Source of the DNA: Squalus acanthias
Lineage: Eukaryota
Direction: 5' to 3'
NCBI GenBank assembly: GCA_030390025.1
Contig: CM059432.1
Span: 126,420,001-126,484,000 of the forward strand
DNA length: 64,000 nt
Below the pieces are notes generated by a model. It was not told the origin of the DNA. It saw nothing but the letters and a program-made list of their open reading frames with translations, and did not search any database. Of this stretch, positions 12,456 to 25,000 are shown in pieces. The translations under genes were made by a program, and so were the position numbers. Every line of letters starts with the position of its first letter. The stretch's first letter is position 1.

Positions 12456-13855
12456 GTTAAGGTGGGGGAAAAAATTACTATTTTATAATAGATCATAAAT
12501 AATAATTGCAATACTATTTTGCAGATGCTAAAACTATCTTTCAGCTTAACTTTATTTGCAATGGCTGAATAATGTAACAAGAAAAGTAAAACCAATAAAT
12601 GTAGTGTTAAAATTGATTCTGTTATCTTGGCAATTCAATTATCTTTTAGTCAATTATCTTCATTAATTTTGATATTACTGTTTTGAGCTGAATGCTTAGC
12701 AAAAGTCAGACATTCTTTGAATTTTTTTTGTATTAATTCTTGAATAATTTATGGGAACTTTAGCCTCAGATTAGTCACAGTTACAGAGTTTTGAGCCTAT
12801 CATTATTTTTCCAGACAGAATGCTTATGTTTTCACTTCCTGATAGCCTTCAACAGATTCAACAGTGTAAAGCGCAACTGTAGAACTGTATCCGACACTGC
12901 AAATCATCACCATAATTGTGACTTTTCATGAATGCAGCTTGCTTGTGTCGGAAGTAGATGTCACATTGATGAGACCCAGCATAGATTGAGAGGAATGCAC
13001 AGCTCAATTTTTGAATATCCTGCAGCTTAACACCGCACAGACATTGGGCTGGATTTTAAGATCGCGATGCGCTGGGAACGGGTGGGGGGTCCGGTAGCGC
13101 GCAGGAAATCTGGAAGTCAGTGCAGCGTGTCGGTCAGTGGCTTTTTAAACCAACCACTGTATTAGCGTATCATTTCCGGGTTTCCTGGCCAATTAGCATC
13201 AGCTGGTGTGATGACGACCCGCATGGCGCAATGTCAACTGCAGTATTTAAAGGGACACTCCAAATATGCAATTTGAAAGAGTTTGGAGTTGTGAGTCAAG
13301 GGAAGCAAGTGGGAGAATAGAGTCAAGGAGAACAAAAGCTGCAACTCGTGGGGGCTGTGAGGACCCGGAGGGATATACTGTTCCCTAGTGATGGGAGGAA
13401 GAAGCCAGCTGGGGACATCAAGAAGACATGGTTGGAGGTAGTGGAAGAGGTCAGCAGCAGGAGCGTGGTGCCATGCTCCTGGATACGATGTAGGAAGCGG
13501 TTCAATGACCTAAGCAGGGCAGGAAAGGTAAGAGCAATGGTACATTGCCCTACATCCTGATGTGCGTGTCACCCCAACCCCCTCACTCTGCCTTAACAAA
13601 CCTACTCTAGCACATCACTCCTCACACCAACTTACCTTGTAGGTACACCCATCCCTCTCCGTCTATACGCTTCCTCACATCCCCATCTGTCTATCCACCA
13701 CTGACACGCACCCTCATTCTTATGCTTATGAAATGTCATGCCTCTCCCTCATAGACACCCTCAACAAATGCTCTCCATCCATCTGTTCAACATATGCTAT
13801 AACTTATAGGTCTCCTCTTTCCCGCCTTACAGGAGAAGAGAGCACAGAAACTCCA

Positions 13856-14147
13856 TTAAGGGGTAAGCCATTTAGGACTGAGATGAGGAGGAATTTCTTC
13901 ACCCAGAGAGTGGTGAACCTGTGGAATTCTCTACCACAGAAGGCAGTTGAGGCCAACTCATTAAATATATTCAAGAAGGAGTTAGATATATTTCTTAAGG
14001 ATAAAGGGATCAAGGGATATGGGGAGAAAGCAGGGACAGGGTACTGAATTTGGATGATCAGCCATGATCTCATTAAATGGCGGAGCAGGCTCGAGGGGCC
14101 GAATGGCCTACTCCTGCTCCTATCTTCTATGTTTCTATGTTTCTATG
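13856..14147 (+). mobile_element. CR1 LINE 3' end
   Basis: FRTEMRRNFFTQRVVNLWNSLP and (TTCTATGT)n tail. Confidence 0.95.
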
Positions 14148-14893
14148 TTACCTGGACTACACTTCCTCCCACCCCGCTCCCTGTAAGGACTCTATCCCAT
14201 TCTCCCACTTCCTCCATCGCATCTGTTCTGACGATGCCACCTTCCATACTAGCGCTTCCGATACGTCTTCCTTTCTCCTCAACCGAGGATTCCCCTCTAC
14301 CGTGGTTGACACAGCCCTCGACCGTGTCCATTCCATTTCCCACACTTATGCTCTCAGCCCTTCCCCTCCCTCCCAGAACCACAATAGGGTTCCCCTTGTC
14401 CTCACCAGCCTTCACATTCAACGGATCATCCTCCGCCACCTCCAGCGTGATCCCACCACCAAACACATCTTCCCCTCCTCTCCCCTTTCAGCATTCCGAA
14501 AGGACCACTCCCTCCGCGACACCTGGTCCACTCCTCAATCACCCCAACGCCCCCTCCCCTTCCCTTCCCACAGCACCTTCCCGTGCAAGCGCAGGAGATG
14601 CAACACATGCCCTTTTATCTCCTCCTTCCCACTATCCAGGGCCCCAAGCACTCTTTCCAGGTGAAACAGCAATTTACTTGTACTTCTTGCAATTTAGTAT
14701 ATTGTATTCGCTGCTCACAACGTGGTTTCCTCTACACTGGGGAGACCAAACGCAGATTGAGCGATCACTTTGCGAACACCTCCGTTCACTCCGCAAGCGT
14801 GACCCCGAGTTTCCAGTCGCCTGTCACTTTAATTCTCCACTCCACTCCCACGCTGACAGCTCTGTCCTCAGCCAATGAAGCTCAACATAAAGC
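14148..14893 (+). mobile_element. Penelope-like element, RT C-terminus and GIY-YIG endonuclease (left half of a split copy)
   Basis: LDYTSSHP..CKDSIPFS.F..RICS; FTCTSCNLVYCIRC..LYTGETKRRL; collinear with 60253-60910. Confidence 0.9.
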
Positions 14894-15011
14894 CCAGGAA
14901 ATTTATTAGTAATTGTCAGGTTTCATTAGTACTAGTTTACTAGCAGTAATAAATCTTATTAGGTGTAGTAGGGTTAATTAATAAAAATAAATTAATTAAG
15001 ACTCAATAAAG

Positions 15012-15962
15012 ATGGCAGGGCAGGTGATGTGTTGCGACTGCAGTATGTGGGAGCTCCTGGACGCCAGTGTGATCCAGGACGAACACGTCTGCGGTAAATG
15101 TCTGCAGCTTGAGGAGCTTCGGCTCAGAGTTGATGAGCTGGAGGCCGAGCTGCGGACACTGCAATGCATCAGGGAGGGGGAAAGTTACCTGGACACTTTA
15201 TTCCAGGAGGCAGTCACACCCCTTAGGATAGGGTCTTCTGATTTGCTCAGTGGTCAGGGACAGGAGGATGTGACTGCAAGTGAGGCAGGTATGGGGACCC
15301 AGGAGGTGGAGGAGCCTCAGCCTTTACAATTGTCCAACAGGTTTGAGGTTCTTGCGGCCTGTATGGATGAAAACGGTGGCTGCAGGGTGGATGAGCAAAC
15401 TGACCATGGCACCGAGGTACAGGAAGCCATTCAAGCGGAGGGAGTTAATAGGAATGTAGTGGTAATTGGGGACAGCATAGTCAGGAGGATAGATACAGTT
15501 CTCTGCGGCCAAGAGCGAGAGTCCAGACGGCTGTGTTGCCTGCCCGGTGCCAGGGTTCGGGACATCTGCTCTGGGCTGGAGAGGAACTTGCAGTGGGAGG
15601 GGGAGGAGCCAGTGGTCGTGGTCCATGTAGGTACCAACGACATAGGTAGAACTAGGAAAGAGGTTCTGCTGAGAGAGTATGAGCAGCTAGGGGCTAAATT
15701 AAAAAGCAGAACCTCAAGGGTAATAATGTCTGCATTATTACCTGAGCCACGAGCAAATTGGCATAGGGTAAATAAAATTAGAGAGATGAATGCATAGCTC
15801 AAAGACTGGTGTGGGAGAAATGGGTTTCGATTCCTGGGACACTGGCACCAGTACTGGGGAAAGTGGGATCTGTATCGTTGGGATGGTCTTCACCTGAACT
15901 GTGCTGGGACCAGTGTTCTGGCGAGTCGTATAACTGGAGCGGTAGAGGGGGCTTTAAACTAA
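15012..15962 (+). pseudogene. CR1 ORF1: N-terminal Cys motifs/coiled coil plus SGNH esterase domain, one in-frame stop at 15795
   Basis: CCDC..CGKC, VIGDSIVR, LPGARV, VHVGTND; DGLHLN follows in frame after TAG, which is TGG in the copy at 43735. Confidence 0.9.
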
Positions 15963-17696
15963 ATATTGGGGGCATGGGATCAAATTTGGGAAGATGTAAT
16001 TCAAAGATTAGAGACAAGGCAATAGAGAAAGGTATTAATATGGGAAATGATAAGCAGACCATGACAGGAAGGGATAGAGAGTATAAATCTAAGAGTAAAT
16101 CAACAGATAAGGCTAGAGGTTACAAAAATAATAAAAGGACAAAACTAAAGGCTCTGCATCTGAATGCACGTAGCATTCGAAACAAAACAGATGAACTGAT
16201 AGCGCAAATAGAAATAAATAAATATGATCTGATAGCCATTACAGAAACATGGCTTCAGGATGACATAGATTGGGACCTGAATATTGAAGGGTACATGACA
16301 TTTAGGAAGGACAGGAAGGTGGGAAAAGGTGGAGGGGTGGCTCTGTTAATTAATGATGGTATTAGCACAATAGAGAGGGATGACCTAAGTTCAGGAAACC
16401 AGGATGTAGAAGCGGTTTGGGTAGAAATGAGACATAATAAAGACAAGAAATCACTTGTGGGAATGGTGTACAGGCCCCCTAACAGTAACCACATGGTAGG
16501 ATGGAGTATAAATGAAGAAATAATGGGAGCTTGTCAGAAGGGTACGGCAATAATCATGGGGGATTTTAATCTGCATATAGACTGGAAAAATCAGATGGGC
16601 AAAGGTAGCCTAGATGAGGAGTTCATGGAATGTTTTCGGGATAGTTTCTTACAACAGCACATTCTGGAGCCAACCAGAGAGCAGGCTATACTAGACCTGG
16701 TATTGTGCAACGAGATAGGATTAATTAATGACCTCAAAGTGAAGGCGCCCCTAGGTAGCAGCAATCATAATATGATTGAATTTTACATTCCGTTTGAGAG
16801 AGAGAAGAGTGGGTCCAAGACTAGTATTTTAAACTTAAATAAGGGCAATTATGAGGGCATGAAAGCAGAGCTAGCTAAAGTGAACTGGCAAATTAGGTTA
16901 AGGGATAGGTCAATAGAGTTGCAGTGGTAGACATTTAAGGGGCTATTTCAAAATACACAGAATATATACATTCCAACAAGAAAGAAAAATTCCAAGGGGA
17001 GGACCCACCATCCGTGGTTAACTAAAAAAGTTAAAGATAGTATTAAACTTAAAGAAAAAGCATATAATTGCACAAAGATGGGTGGCAGGTCAGAAGATTG
17101 GACAGAATATAAAAAACAGCAAAGAACGACTAAAAGATTAATAAGGAGAGAAAAATTAGAGTATGAGAGAAAGCTAGCTAGAAATATAAAAAGATAGTAA
17201 GAGTTTCTAAACATATTTAAAAGAGTTAACAAAGTGTGCATTGGTCCTATAAAAAGTGAGTCTGGGGAATTAATAATGGAAAATAAGGAGATGGCAGTTG
17301 AATTGAACAGGTATTTTGCATCAGTCTTCACTATAGAGGATACAAGTAACATCCCAGAAATAGCTGTAAATCAGGAAATGGAAGGGAGGGAGGAACTCAA
17401 GAAAATTATAATCACCAGGGAAGTGGTACTGAGCAAATTGTTGGAGCTGCGGGCTGACAAGTCCCCGGGTCCTGATGGACTTCCTAGGGTCTTAAAAGAA
17501 GTGGCTAGTGAGATAGTTGATGCGTTGGTTTTAATTTTCCAAAATTCCCTAGATTCAGGGAAGGTTCCATTAGATTGGACAATAGCAAATATAACTCCTT
17601 TATTCAAAAAGGGAGGGAGACAGAAAGCAGGAAACTACAGGCCAGTTAGCTTAACATCTGTCCTAGGGAAGATGTTAGAAGCTATTATTAAAGACA

Positions 17697-18424
17697 TTGG
17701 CCCAGAAATTAAAGACTGAGTGTTGACGCGGGGGTAAGGCTTCCCCGCGATCTCTCACTCCGCGTTGGCTTTTTCAGATCCAGCTCGCACGAACTTGATG
17801 TTCTAGACATCAGCTGGGCAGTGCTTGCGTATCCCACCGGCGTAGTGAATTCGTGCGAGCTGTGGGATCACGTGACTCAGTTAGAGCCAATGGCAGCACA
17901 CCATCTTCCATTCATAAGTTTCACATAAGTGCTGTGAAAGCTATGAATCTTACACCCCCCCAAAATAACAGCTAAACCTCAATTAAATTTAAAAAAAAAC
18001 CATCACATTAATAAAATAAGTATAGTTAAATAAATTAACCATTTTAAATAAAAAATAAAATTTTTGAAAAAATTTAAAATCTTTTAAAAAGTTATAAAAA
18101 TAAACTTACCTGTCTTTAAAGTCTCTAAAAAAGATATACCTGTTAAAAAAAATTCAAAATAATACTTAATTCACTACTTACCTTGTTAAAAGTGGGTCTT
18201 ACTCCTCCTTTTTTCATTTCTAAAATCTTCCGTCCTCACCTGCGCGTCCAAAGCACTAAGTGCACAGCGTGCGCGCAGCCTGTAGCGCGCACGCGGTGCA
18301 CCGAGGAACCGCCCCCTTTTCCAAAAACCAAGTGCCGGTTTTCAGCGCATGCGCAGTGCATGCAGAAAACCGGCAATTGGTGACAGAATACGCGAGAGTA
18401 CACAGTGCGTACTCTCGCGTCGTG
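17697..18424. mobile_element. Truncated non-autonomous DNA-transposon-like insertion rich in hairpins
   Basis: Begins with TIR-like GGCCCAGAAATT, replaces roughly 20 codons of CR1 ORF2, contains four inverted repeats around an AT-rich core. Confidence 0.55.
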
Positions 18425-19697
18425 CAAGGGAAATCATGTTGAACCAATTTATTGGAGTTCTTTGAGGAAGTAACATGTGCTGTGGATAAAGGGGAACCGG
18501 TGGATGTACTGTACTTAGATTTCCAGAAGGCATTTGATAAGGTGCCACGTCAAAGGTTATTGCAGAAAATAAAAGCTCATGGTGTAGGGGGTAACATATT
18601 GGCATGGATAGAAGATTGGCTAGCTAACAGGAAACAGAGAGTAGGCATAAATGGGTCATTTTCTGATTGGCAAGATGCAACGAGTGGTGTGCCACAGGGA
18701 TCAGTGCTGGGGCCTCAACTTTTTACAATTTATATAAATGACTTGGATGAAGGGACCGAAGGTATGGTTGCTAAATTTTATGATGACACAAAGATAGGTA
18801 GGAAAGTAAATTGTGACGAGGACATAAGGAGGCTACAAAGGGATATAGATAGGTTAAGTGAGTGGGCAAAGATCTGGCAAATGGAGTATAATGTGGGAAA
18901 ATGTGAAGTTGTCCATTTTGGCAGGAAGAATAAAAAAGCATATTATCTAAATGGTGAGAGATTGCAGAGCTCTGAGATGCAGAGGGATCTGGATGTCCTA
19001 GTGCATGAGTCGCAAAAGGTTACTATGCAGGTACAGCAAGTAATTAGGAAAGCTAATAGAATGTTATCGTTTATTGCGAGGGGAATTTAATACAAAAGTA
19101 GGGAGGTTATGCTTCAGTTATACAGGGCATTGGTGAGACCACATCTGGAGTACTGTGTACAGTATTGGTCTCCTTATTTAAGGAAGGATGTAAATGTGCT
19201 GGAAGCAGTTCAGAGAAGGTTTACCAGACTAATACCTGGAATGGGCGGGTTGTCTTATGAGGAAAGGTTGGACAGGCTAGGCTTGTATCCGCTGGAGTTT
19301 AGAAGAGTAAGAGGTGACTTGATTGCAACATATAAGATCCTGAGGGGTCTGGACAGGGTGGATGTGGAGAGGATGTTTCCTCTTGTGGGAGAATCTAGAA
19401 CTAGGGGTCACTGTTTAAAAATAAGGGGTCGCCCATTTAAGACAGAGATGAGGAGAAATTTTTTCACAAAGGGTCATGAGTCTTTAGGGCTCTCTTCCTC
19501 AGAGGGCGGTGGAAGCAGAGTCTTTCAATATTTTTAAGGCAGAGGTAGATAGATTCTTGGTAAGCAAGGGGGTGAAAAGTTATCGGGGGTAGGCAGGAAT
19601 GTGGAGTAATCAGATCAGCCATGGTCTTATTGAATGGCGGAGCAGACTCGAAGGGCCGAGTGGCCGACTCCTGCTCCTAATTCGTATGTTCGTACGT

Positions 19698-20162
19698 ATA
19701 AGCTCGAGGAACAGCACCTCATCTTTCGATTAGGCACTTTACAGCCTTCTGGACTCAACACTGAGTTCAAACCATAACCTCTGCCCCTATTTTTTCCAAA
19801 TGGCAGCTGTTGATGATTTTGCGATTCCCATTTACACCTCTTCTAGGCCCATATTTTGTTTCTTTTCTTGTCCCATTACCATCTCCTTTCGCCTTGCACC
19901 ATCATACCTTTTGTCTTTTAATCATTCCTGCCTTCCACCCTCTCACAGACCTTCCCTTTTGTCCTTTCCTCCCCTTTCCCTGCCCCAACACTTTTGCTTA
20001 AAACCTGTTACATCTCTAACTTTTTCCAGTTCTGACGAAGGGTCATCTACCTGAAACGTTAACTCTGTTTCTCTCTCCACAGATGCTGCCTGACCTGCTG
20101 AGTATCCCAGCATTTTCTGTTTTTATTTCAGATTTCTAGCATCCGCAGTATTTTGCCTTTGT
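19698..20162 (+). mobile_element. Penelope-like element 3' end/pLTR (right half of the split copy)
   Basis: Resumes KLEEQHLIFRLGTLQPSGLN exactly where 14893 stops. Confidence 0.9.
20028..20064 (+). ncRNA. Minimal type I hammerhead ribozyme (family A)
   Basis: AGUU-CUGACGA-AGGGUCAUCUACCU-GAAA-CG-UU^AACU. Confidence 0.75.
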
Positions 20163-20792
20163 AGACTGTTGCTGGTGCAGGTCCTGCTGCTCCTGGTGGT
20201 CATCTTGGTCCTCATCTGAGGTCCAAAGTAACACAGTGTAAGCGGCACCCATTATATGATAGAACAGAGATCCAAAGTGCAGATCAGACCTCCGAATCTC
20301 CAAAGTTAGATGACACCGCCAAAGTGTGTAAAGTAACCTTTCATCGCAAGTACTGTGAACAAACCCTTTCACATAGCAGATATGAAAGCAGCGGAGAGTA
20401 CTCAGTACTTATTGGCATATTTCTCTCTCATGGCTTCAGCCCCCTCAATTGTCGCTTTCTTCTCGCCTTGCTTTCATTGGCGAGTTCCAGGAAGCCCGGG
20501 AAACCTGTGGAGCCAAAGTTAAACTCCAAAACCCTTGTTAATATTGCTGTAATTGACCTATTAACATATTGAAATTGACAACCCGCTTCTCCCGAGGGGA
20601 ATGCTCGCACTGCAATTAAATGCGGACATCGGCGGGTTGGAGCCGGCTTCCCGATGCGGTCAATTTTGTGGGTTTTAACCCCCCCCCCCCCCCCCCAAAA
20701 TCGCTCCCAAACCCACGCGCTATTTCACATTAAAATTCAGCCCACTGTCTTAGTGGCTGTGGCTTCAAAATTGCTGCCTTCAATGTATTTTT

Positions 20793-21000
20793 TCTCCCCT
20801 CCTCGAGAAGGTGCTGACTCGCCCTGGGGGGACATTCCATTGGCGATAGTAACCCTCACTTAAGTTGCTATTCCTCTTTGCGATCCTGGGTATTGAGTGT
20901 TGGCAAGCAGGAATGTACCACAGAAGGCAGCATTACAGCCACGTCTGATCAGGTCCTCACTTGATGTTCACGCACAGCCACATGTTCCAGCAATGATGAC
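20793..21000 (-). mobile_element. LF-SINE-like relic (3' half)
   Basis: Reverse strand has TGCTGGAA..GTGAGGAC..GGCTGTAATGC..TGCCAACACTCA..GAGTCAGCACCTTC, similar to 38320-38500. Confidence 0.6.
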
Positions 21001-21004
21001 AAAA

Positions 21005-21445
21005 TAATTATGGATGAGGAGGGCCATTCAGCCCATCTTAATTCATCCATCGAGAAGCACCCTGCAGTCCTCCCATTAGTCGTCTCTTAAATAATTTCAG
21101 AGTTTTCGCTTCCACTACTTTATCTGGGATCCATTCCAAGTATTGATCACTCTTTGTGTGAAGGAGAATTTCCTGATATCAGTCCTAAATTTGCCTTTAC
21201 TCGTTCGAACTTGTCCTACTCTCACAATTCACTTTAAACTAATATTCTGGATTAACCTTTTCCATACCTTATCTACAGAGTTTTTTTGACAAAGTCACTA
21301 GGGTAATGGATGAAGGAAATCTGGTAGACGTTGTCTACCTGGATTTTCAGAAAGCATTTGGATAAGGTATCTCATACTAGGCTACTTTAGAAGATAAAAT
21401 CTTGTGGTATCAATTGGGATTTGAAACACTGGATTAGGAATTGGC
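21005..21445. mobile_element. Old CR1 fragments (3' end on minus to about 21270; RT piece on plus from about 21277)
   Basis: GGCCATTCAGCCC tail motif; EFF..VT..MDEGNLVDVVYLDFQKAF. Confidence 0.65.
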
Positions 21446-21773
21446 ACCAGTTAGCTCAAGGCCTGTGATTAACACCTTATTTGTTTGGGGGAGGAAATTA
21501 GCATACTGCTGCAGGCTTTAAATGCTTGCCGCAACTTAAAGGGGCAGTTGAGGTTTACATGCTGAGCACAAAGATCGGCTACGTGGATGTCTGAAAGGCC
21601 TGCTGCAGGGCACAAAGCAGCCAGATTTGCTGATCCAGTTGTGGAAAAGCTCTTTGGAATGGAGAGACGGATGGCCCCAATCAGGACAACTTGGGGTCGG
21701 TGGAGGAAGGTAGCCAGGACTGAAGTGCCAACACCACGACCTGCCTCTCAGTGCAGCAGTCTAATGACACTTC

Positions 21774-22038
21774 TGTTGAGGCTGCCGCGAAACACGAATG
21801 GAGGCTGAATCCATGTGCGGAAAACAAGAAACTTTTATTCACTGCATGCTATAACAAAATGGCTGCGAGAAAAACTGCTCCCAGAAATCTCTGGAAAAAC
21901 TCCCAGAATTCTCTGGGTAAAACCTGAGGCCCCGCCCCCTTCTGCCTTAAAGGTAATGTGCCTTAAAGGGGAGGGGCTGGAAATTTGTCCACAGACGGAA
22001 GAGTGGATTATGCCTGTTTTAGGTGGCGATCCGCCACA
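21774..22038 (-). repeat. 3' LTR (265 bp)
   Basis: Identical to 25911-26144 except for 31 extra bp (21834-21864); preceded on the minus strand by polypurine tract GGGGGGAG (22042-22049). Confidence 0.95.
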
Positions 22039-22058
22039 CAGCTCCCCCCAGAATTCGC

Positions 22059-25000
22059 TTAGGAGGTGTGGACAAGACGGTGCGGCGGTCTGATGGGCCG
22101 GCCGGAGCGGCTCTTGTAGGACGCCGGTGGACGTGGAACGGCCGGGCGTGGAGCAGCCGGGTGAACCGGCTTGAGGGCAGGTCGGCTGCGTGGAGGTGGA
22201 CGAGCTACAGGGACATGCTCCCCGGGCTCCGAGTGTGCTGGCTTGAGTCGGTCCACCGACACTTTTTCGGTCCTGTCGCCCACTTGCAGGGTGAAAAATT
22301 TGTCCCCAGCCTGTAGCACCTTGTAGGGCCCGTCATACGGGGGTTGAAGGGGTCCGCGGTGGGCGTCGTGCCGGACGTAAACAAACCGTGCCTGGTACAG
22401 GCTTAGTGGGACGTGTGAGGTGGATTCGCCGTGTCGGGCAATGGGCACCGGGGCGAACTGCAGCGCCGGTGAGGCGAAGTCGTGGCGTTGCTGGTCGGCT
22501 GACCAGGGTGTCGTGGCGGTGGGCAGGAACTCGCCGGGTACGCGCAGCGGCTGACCGTACACGAGCTCTGCTGCCGATGCGTGGAGGTCTTCTTTAACCG
22601 CGGTGCGCAGGCCGAGGAGGACCCACGGAAGTCGGTTGGTCCAGGCGCCGTCTTGGAGGCTGGCTCAAAGAGATGCCTTCAAGGATCTGTGGAACCGCTC
22701 ACACAGTCCGTTGATTTGGGGGTGGTACGCTGTGGTGCGGTGAATGGTCACCCCGAGATTGCGTGCGACGGCGGTCCAGAGTTCAGAGGTAAATTGCGGA
22801 CCTCTGTCCGACGTCATGTCGGAGGGGACGCCGAACCGTGCGACCCAGGTGCTGATGAAGGCTCTGGCGATGTCGGCGGTGGTGGTAGAGGTCAGTGGAA
22901 TTGCCTCAGGCCAGCGTGTGGTGCGGTCAACGATCGTCAGCAAGTGCGTGTGGCCTTGCGACGGCGACAGGGGCCCGACGATATCCACGTGGATGTGGTC
23001 GAATCTCCGAGAGGGGACGGTAAACTCCTCGAGGGGTGCTTTCGTGTGTTGCTCTACCTTGGCCCATTGGCAGGCTAGGCAGGAGTTGGCCCAAGTACGC
23101 ACATCCTTGCGAAGGCTGCGCCAGACAAAGCGGTTGGCTACCAATTTGATGGATGCGCGGGCGCCGGGGTGGGAGAGGTTGTGGAGAATGTCGAATACCC
23201 GGCGGCGCCAGGACGCTGGGACGACGGGCCGAGGTTGACATAGGGATCTGTCGCACTTGACCGTGACTGCGGTCGGGCCACAGGCGACGTCGGCCAGGCG
23301 TAGCCCTGGTAGGTTGGTGGGTGCGGAGAGCAGATCAGGGTCGGTGATCTGGTCTGCTGCGAGTTGAGCGTAGTCGACTGCTAGGTGTGCGGCGTGGATG
23401 GCGGGGCGGGAGAGGCAGTCGGCTACCACATTGTCTCGGCCAGAGACGTGTTGGATGTCCGTGGTGAACTCGGACACTGCCGCGAGCTGGCGCTGCTGCC
23501 TGGCGGACCAGGGGTCGGTTGTCTTTGCCATTGCGAATGTCAGGGGCTTGTGGTCGACAAATGCAGTGAAGGGGTGGCCCTCAAGCAAAAACCGGAAATG
23601 GCGGACCGCCAGGAACAGCGCGAGGAGCTCGCGGTCGAAGGTGCTGTACTTGACCTCCGGGGGCGTAGTTGGCAGCTGAAGAAGGCAAGTGGTTGCCAGG
23701 CGCCGTCGACCCACTGCTCATACACGGCGCCGACCGCGTGGTCGGAGGCGTCCGTGGTGAGCGCTACCCTGGCATTGGGCCGTGGGTGCACAAGCAGGGT
23801 GGCGTTGGCGAGCGCGGTCTTGGTGGAATCGAAGGCGGCTGACGCGTCTGCCGTCCATTCGACCGCCATCTTGCCGCTCCTGCCACGGAGGGCTTCATAC
23901 AGGGGCCTCATGAGGGACGCCGCTTTGGGGATGAAGCGGTTATAGAAATTCACCATCCCGAGGAACTCCTGAAGGCCTTTGATGGTGGTGGGGCGGGGAA
24001 ATTGTTGAACGGCCTGCACCTTGGTGGGCAGGGGAATGGCCCCAGCATGGGTGATGTGGTGGCCGAGGAAGTCGATCTTGTCCAGGCCGAACTGGCATTT
24101 GGCTGGGCTGAGGATGAGCCCGTGGTCGCTGAGGCGCCCGAACAGGATGCGAAGGTGTTCGAGGTGTTCCTGCTTGGAGGAACTGGCTACCAGGATGTCG
24201 TCCAGGTAGACGAACAGGAACTTCAGGTCCCGAAGGACCGAGTCCATGAGCCGTTGGAATGCCTGGGCCGCGTTTTTGAGGCCGAAGGGCATCCGCAGGA
24301 ACTCGAACAGGCCGAAGGGGGTGATTACGGCCGTCTTGGGGACGTCCGCGGGGTGGACGGGGACTTGGTGGTAGCCACGCACCAGGTCGACCTTGGAAAA
24401 GACTGAGCGGCCGGCCAGTCTAGCCGAGAAGTCCTGAATGTGCGGCACGGGGTACCGATCAGGGGTGGTGGCGTCATTGAGGCGGCGGTAATCCCCGCAG
24501 GGGCACCAACCTCCGCCTGGTTTGGGGGCGATGTGGAGTGGGGAGGCCCAGGGACTGTTGGAGCGGCGGATGATGCCGAGCTGTTCCATGGTGGCAAACT
24601 CGGTCCGCGCGATCTCCAGTTTGGCCGGGTCCAGCCTGCGGGCGTGGGCGTACACTGGGGGGCCTGTGGTGGGGATGAAGTGTTCCACCCCGTGTTTGGC
24701 GGCCTCCGCGGAGAAGGTCGGATTGGTAAGGGCCGGGAATTCGGCCAGGAGTGCCGAGTAGTCATCCGTGGCCCGGGCGTGGCACTGTGACGCCATGTCG
24801 GCGGGTTGACGGGGGGCCATGGCGCCCAGGATGGGGGACATGGTGTTCATGTCCACGAGGCGGTGACGAGGGATGTCTACCAGTAAGCCGTGGGCACACA
24901 GGAAATCTGCGCCGATGAGGGGGGAGAGCACCTTGGCAGTGATGAACTCCCATCGGTAGCGGTGACCAGCGAGGTCGAGGGTGACTGTCCGGGTGCCATA

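Larger units (their letters stand above)
14894..19697 (+). mobile_element. Near full-length CR1 LINE (ORF1 and ORF2), disabled
   Basis: ORF1 from 15012, APE domain about 16140-16800, RT DFQKAFDKVP / GVPQGSVLGP / KFYDDTK, tail (TTCGTATG)n; several stops and frameshifts; insertion at 17697-18424. Confidence 0.95.
13046..20743. mobile_element. PIF/Harbinger transposon hosting nested insertions (own sequence about 13046-13855 and 20161-20743)
   Basis: TIRs GGGCTGGATTTTAA (13046) and TTAAAATTCAGCCC (20730-20743), 13/14 match; flanks ATT/ACT; Myb/SANT ORF 13348-13560(+) W.EV.EEVSSRS..SWIRCRKRFNDL; convergent Q-rich ORF start near 20252(-). Confidence 0.7.

Noticed and set aside
15012..15962. Host or captured GDSL lipase gene
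   Set aside because: The esterase domain is the normal ORF1 of this CR1 group and recurs at 43400
23650..23670. Programmed ribosomal frameshift in pol
   Set aside because: Falls inside RNase H with no canonical slippery heptamer; a 1-nt deletion in a C run is simpler
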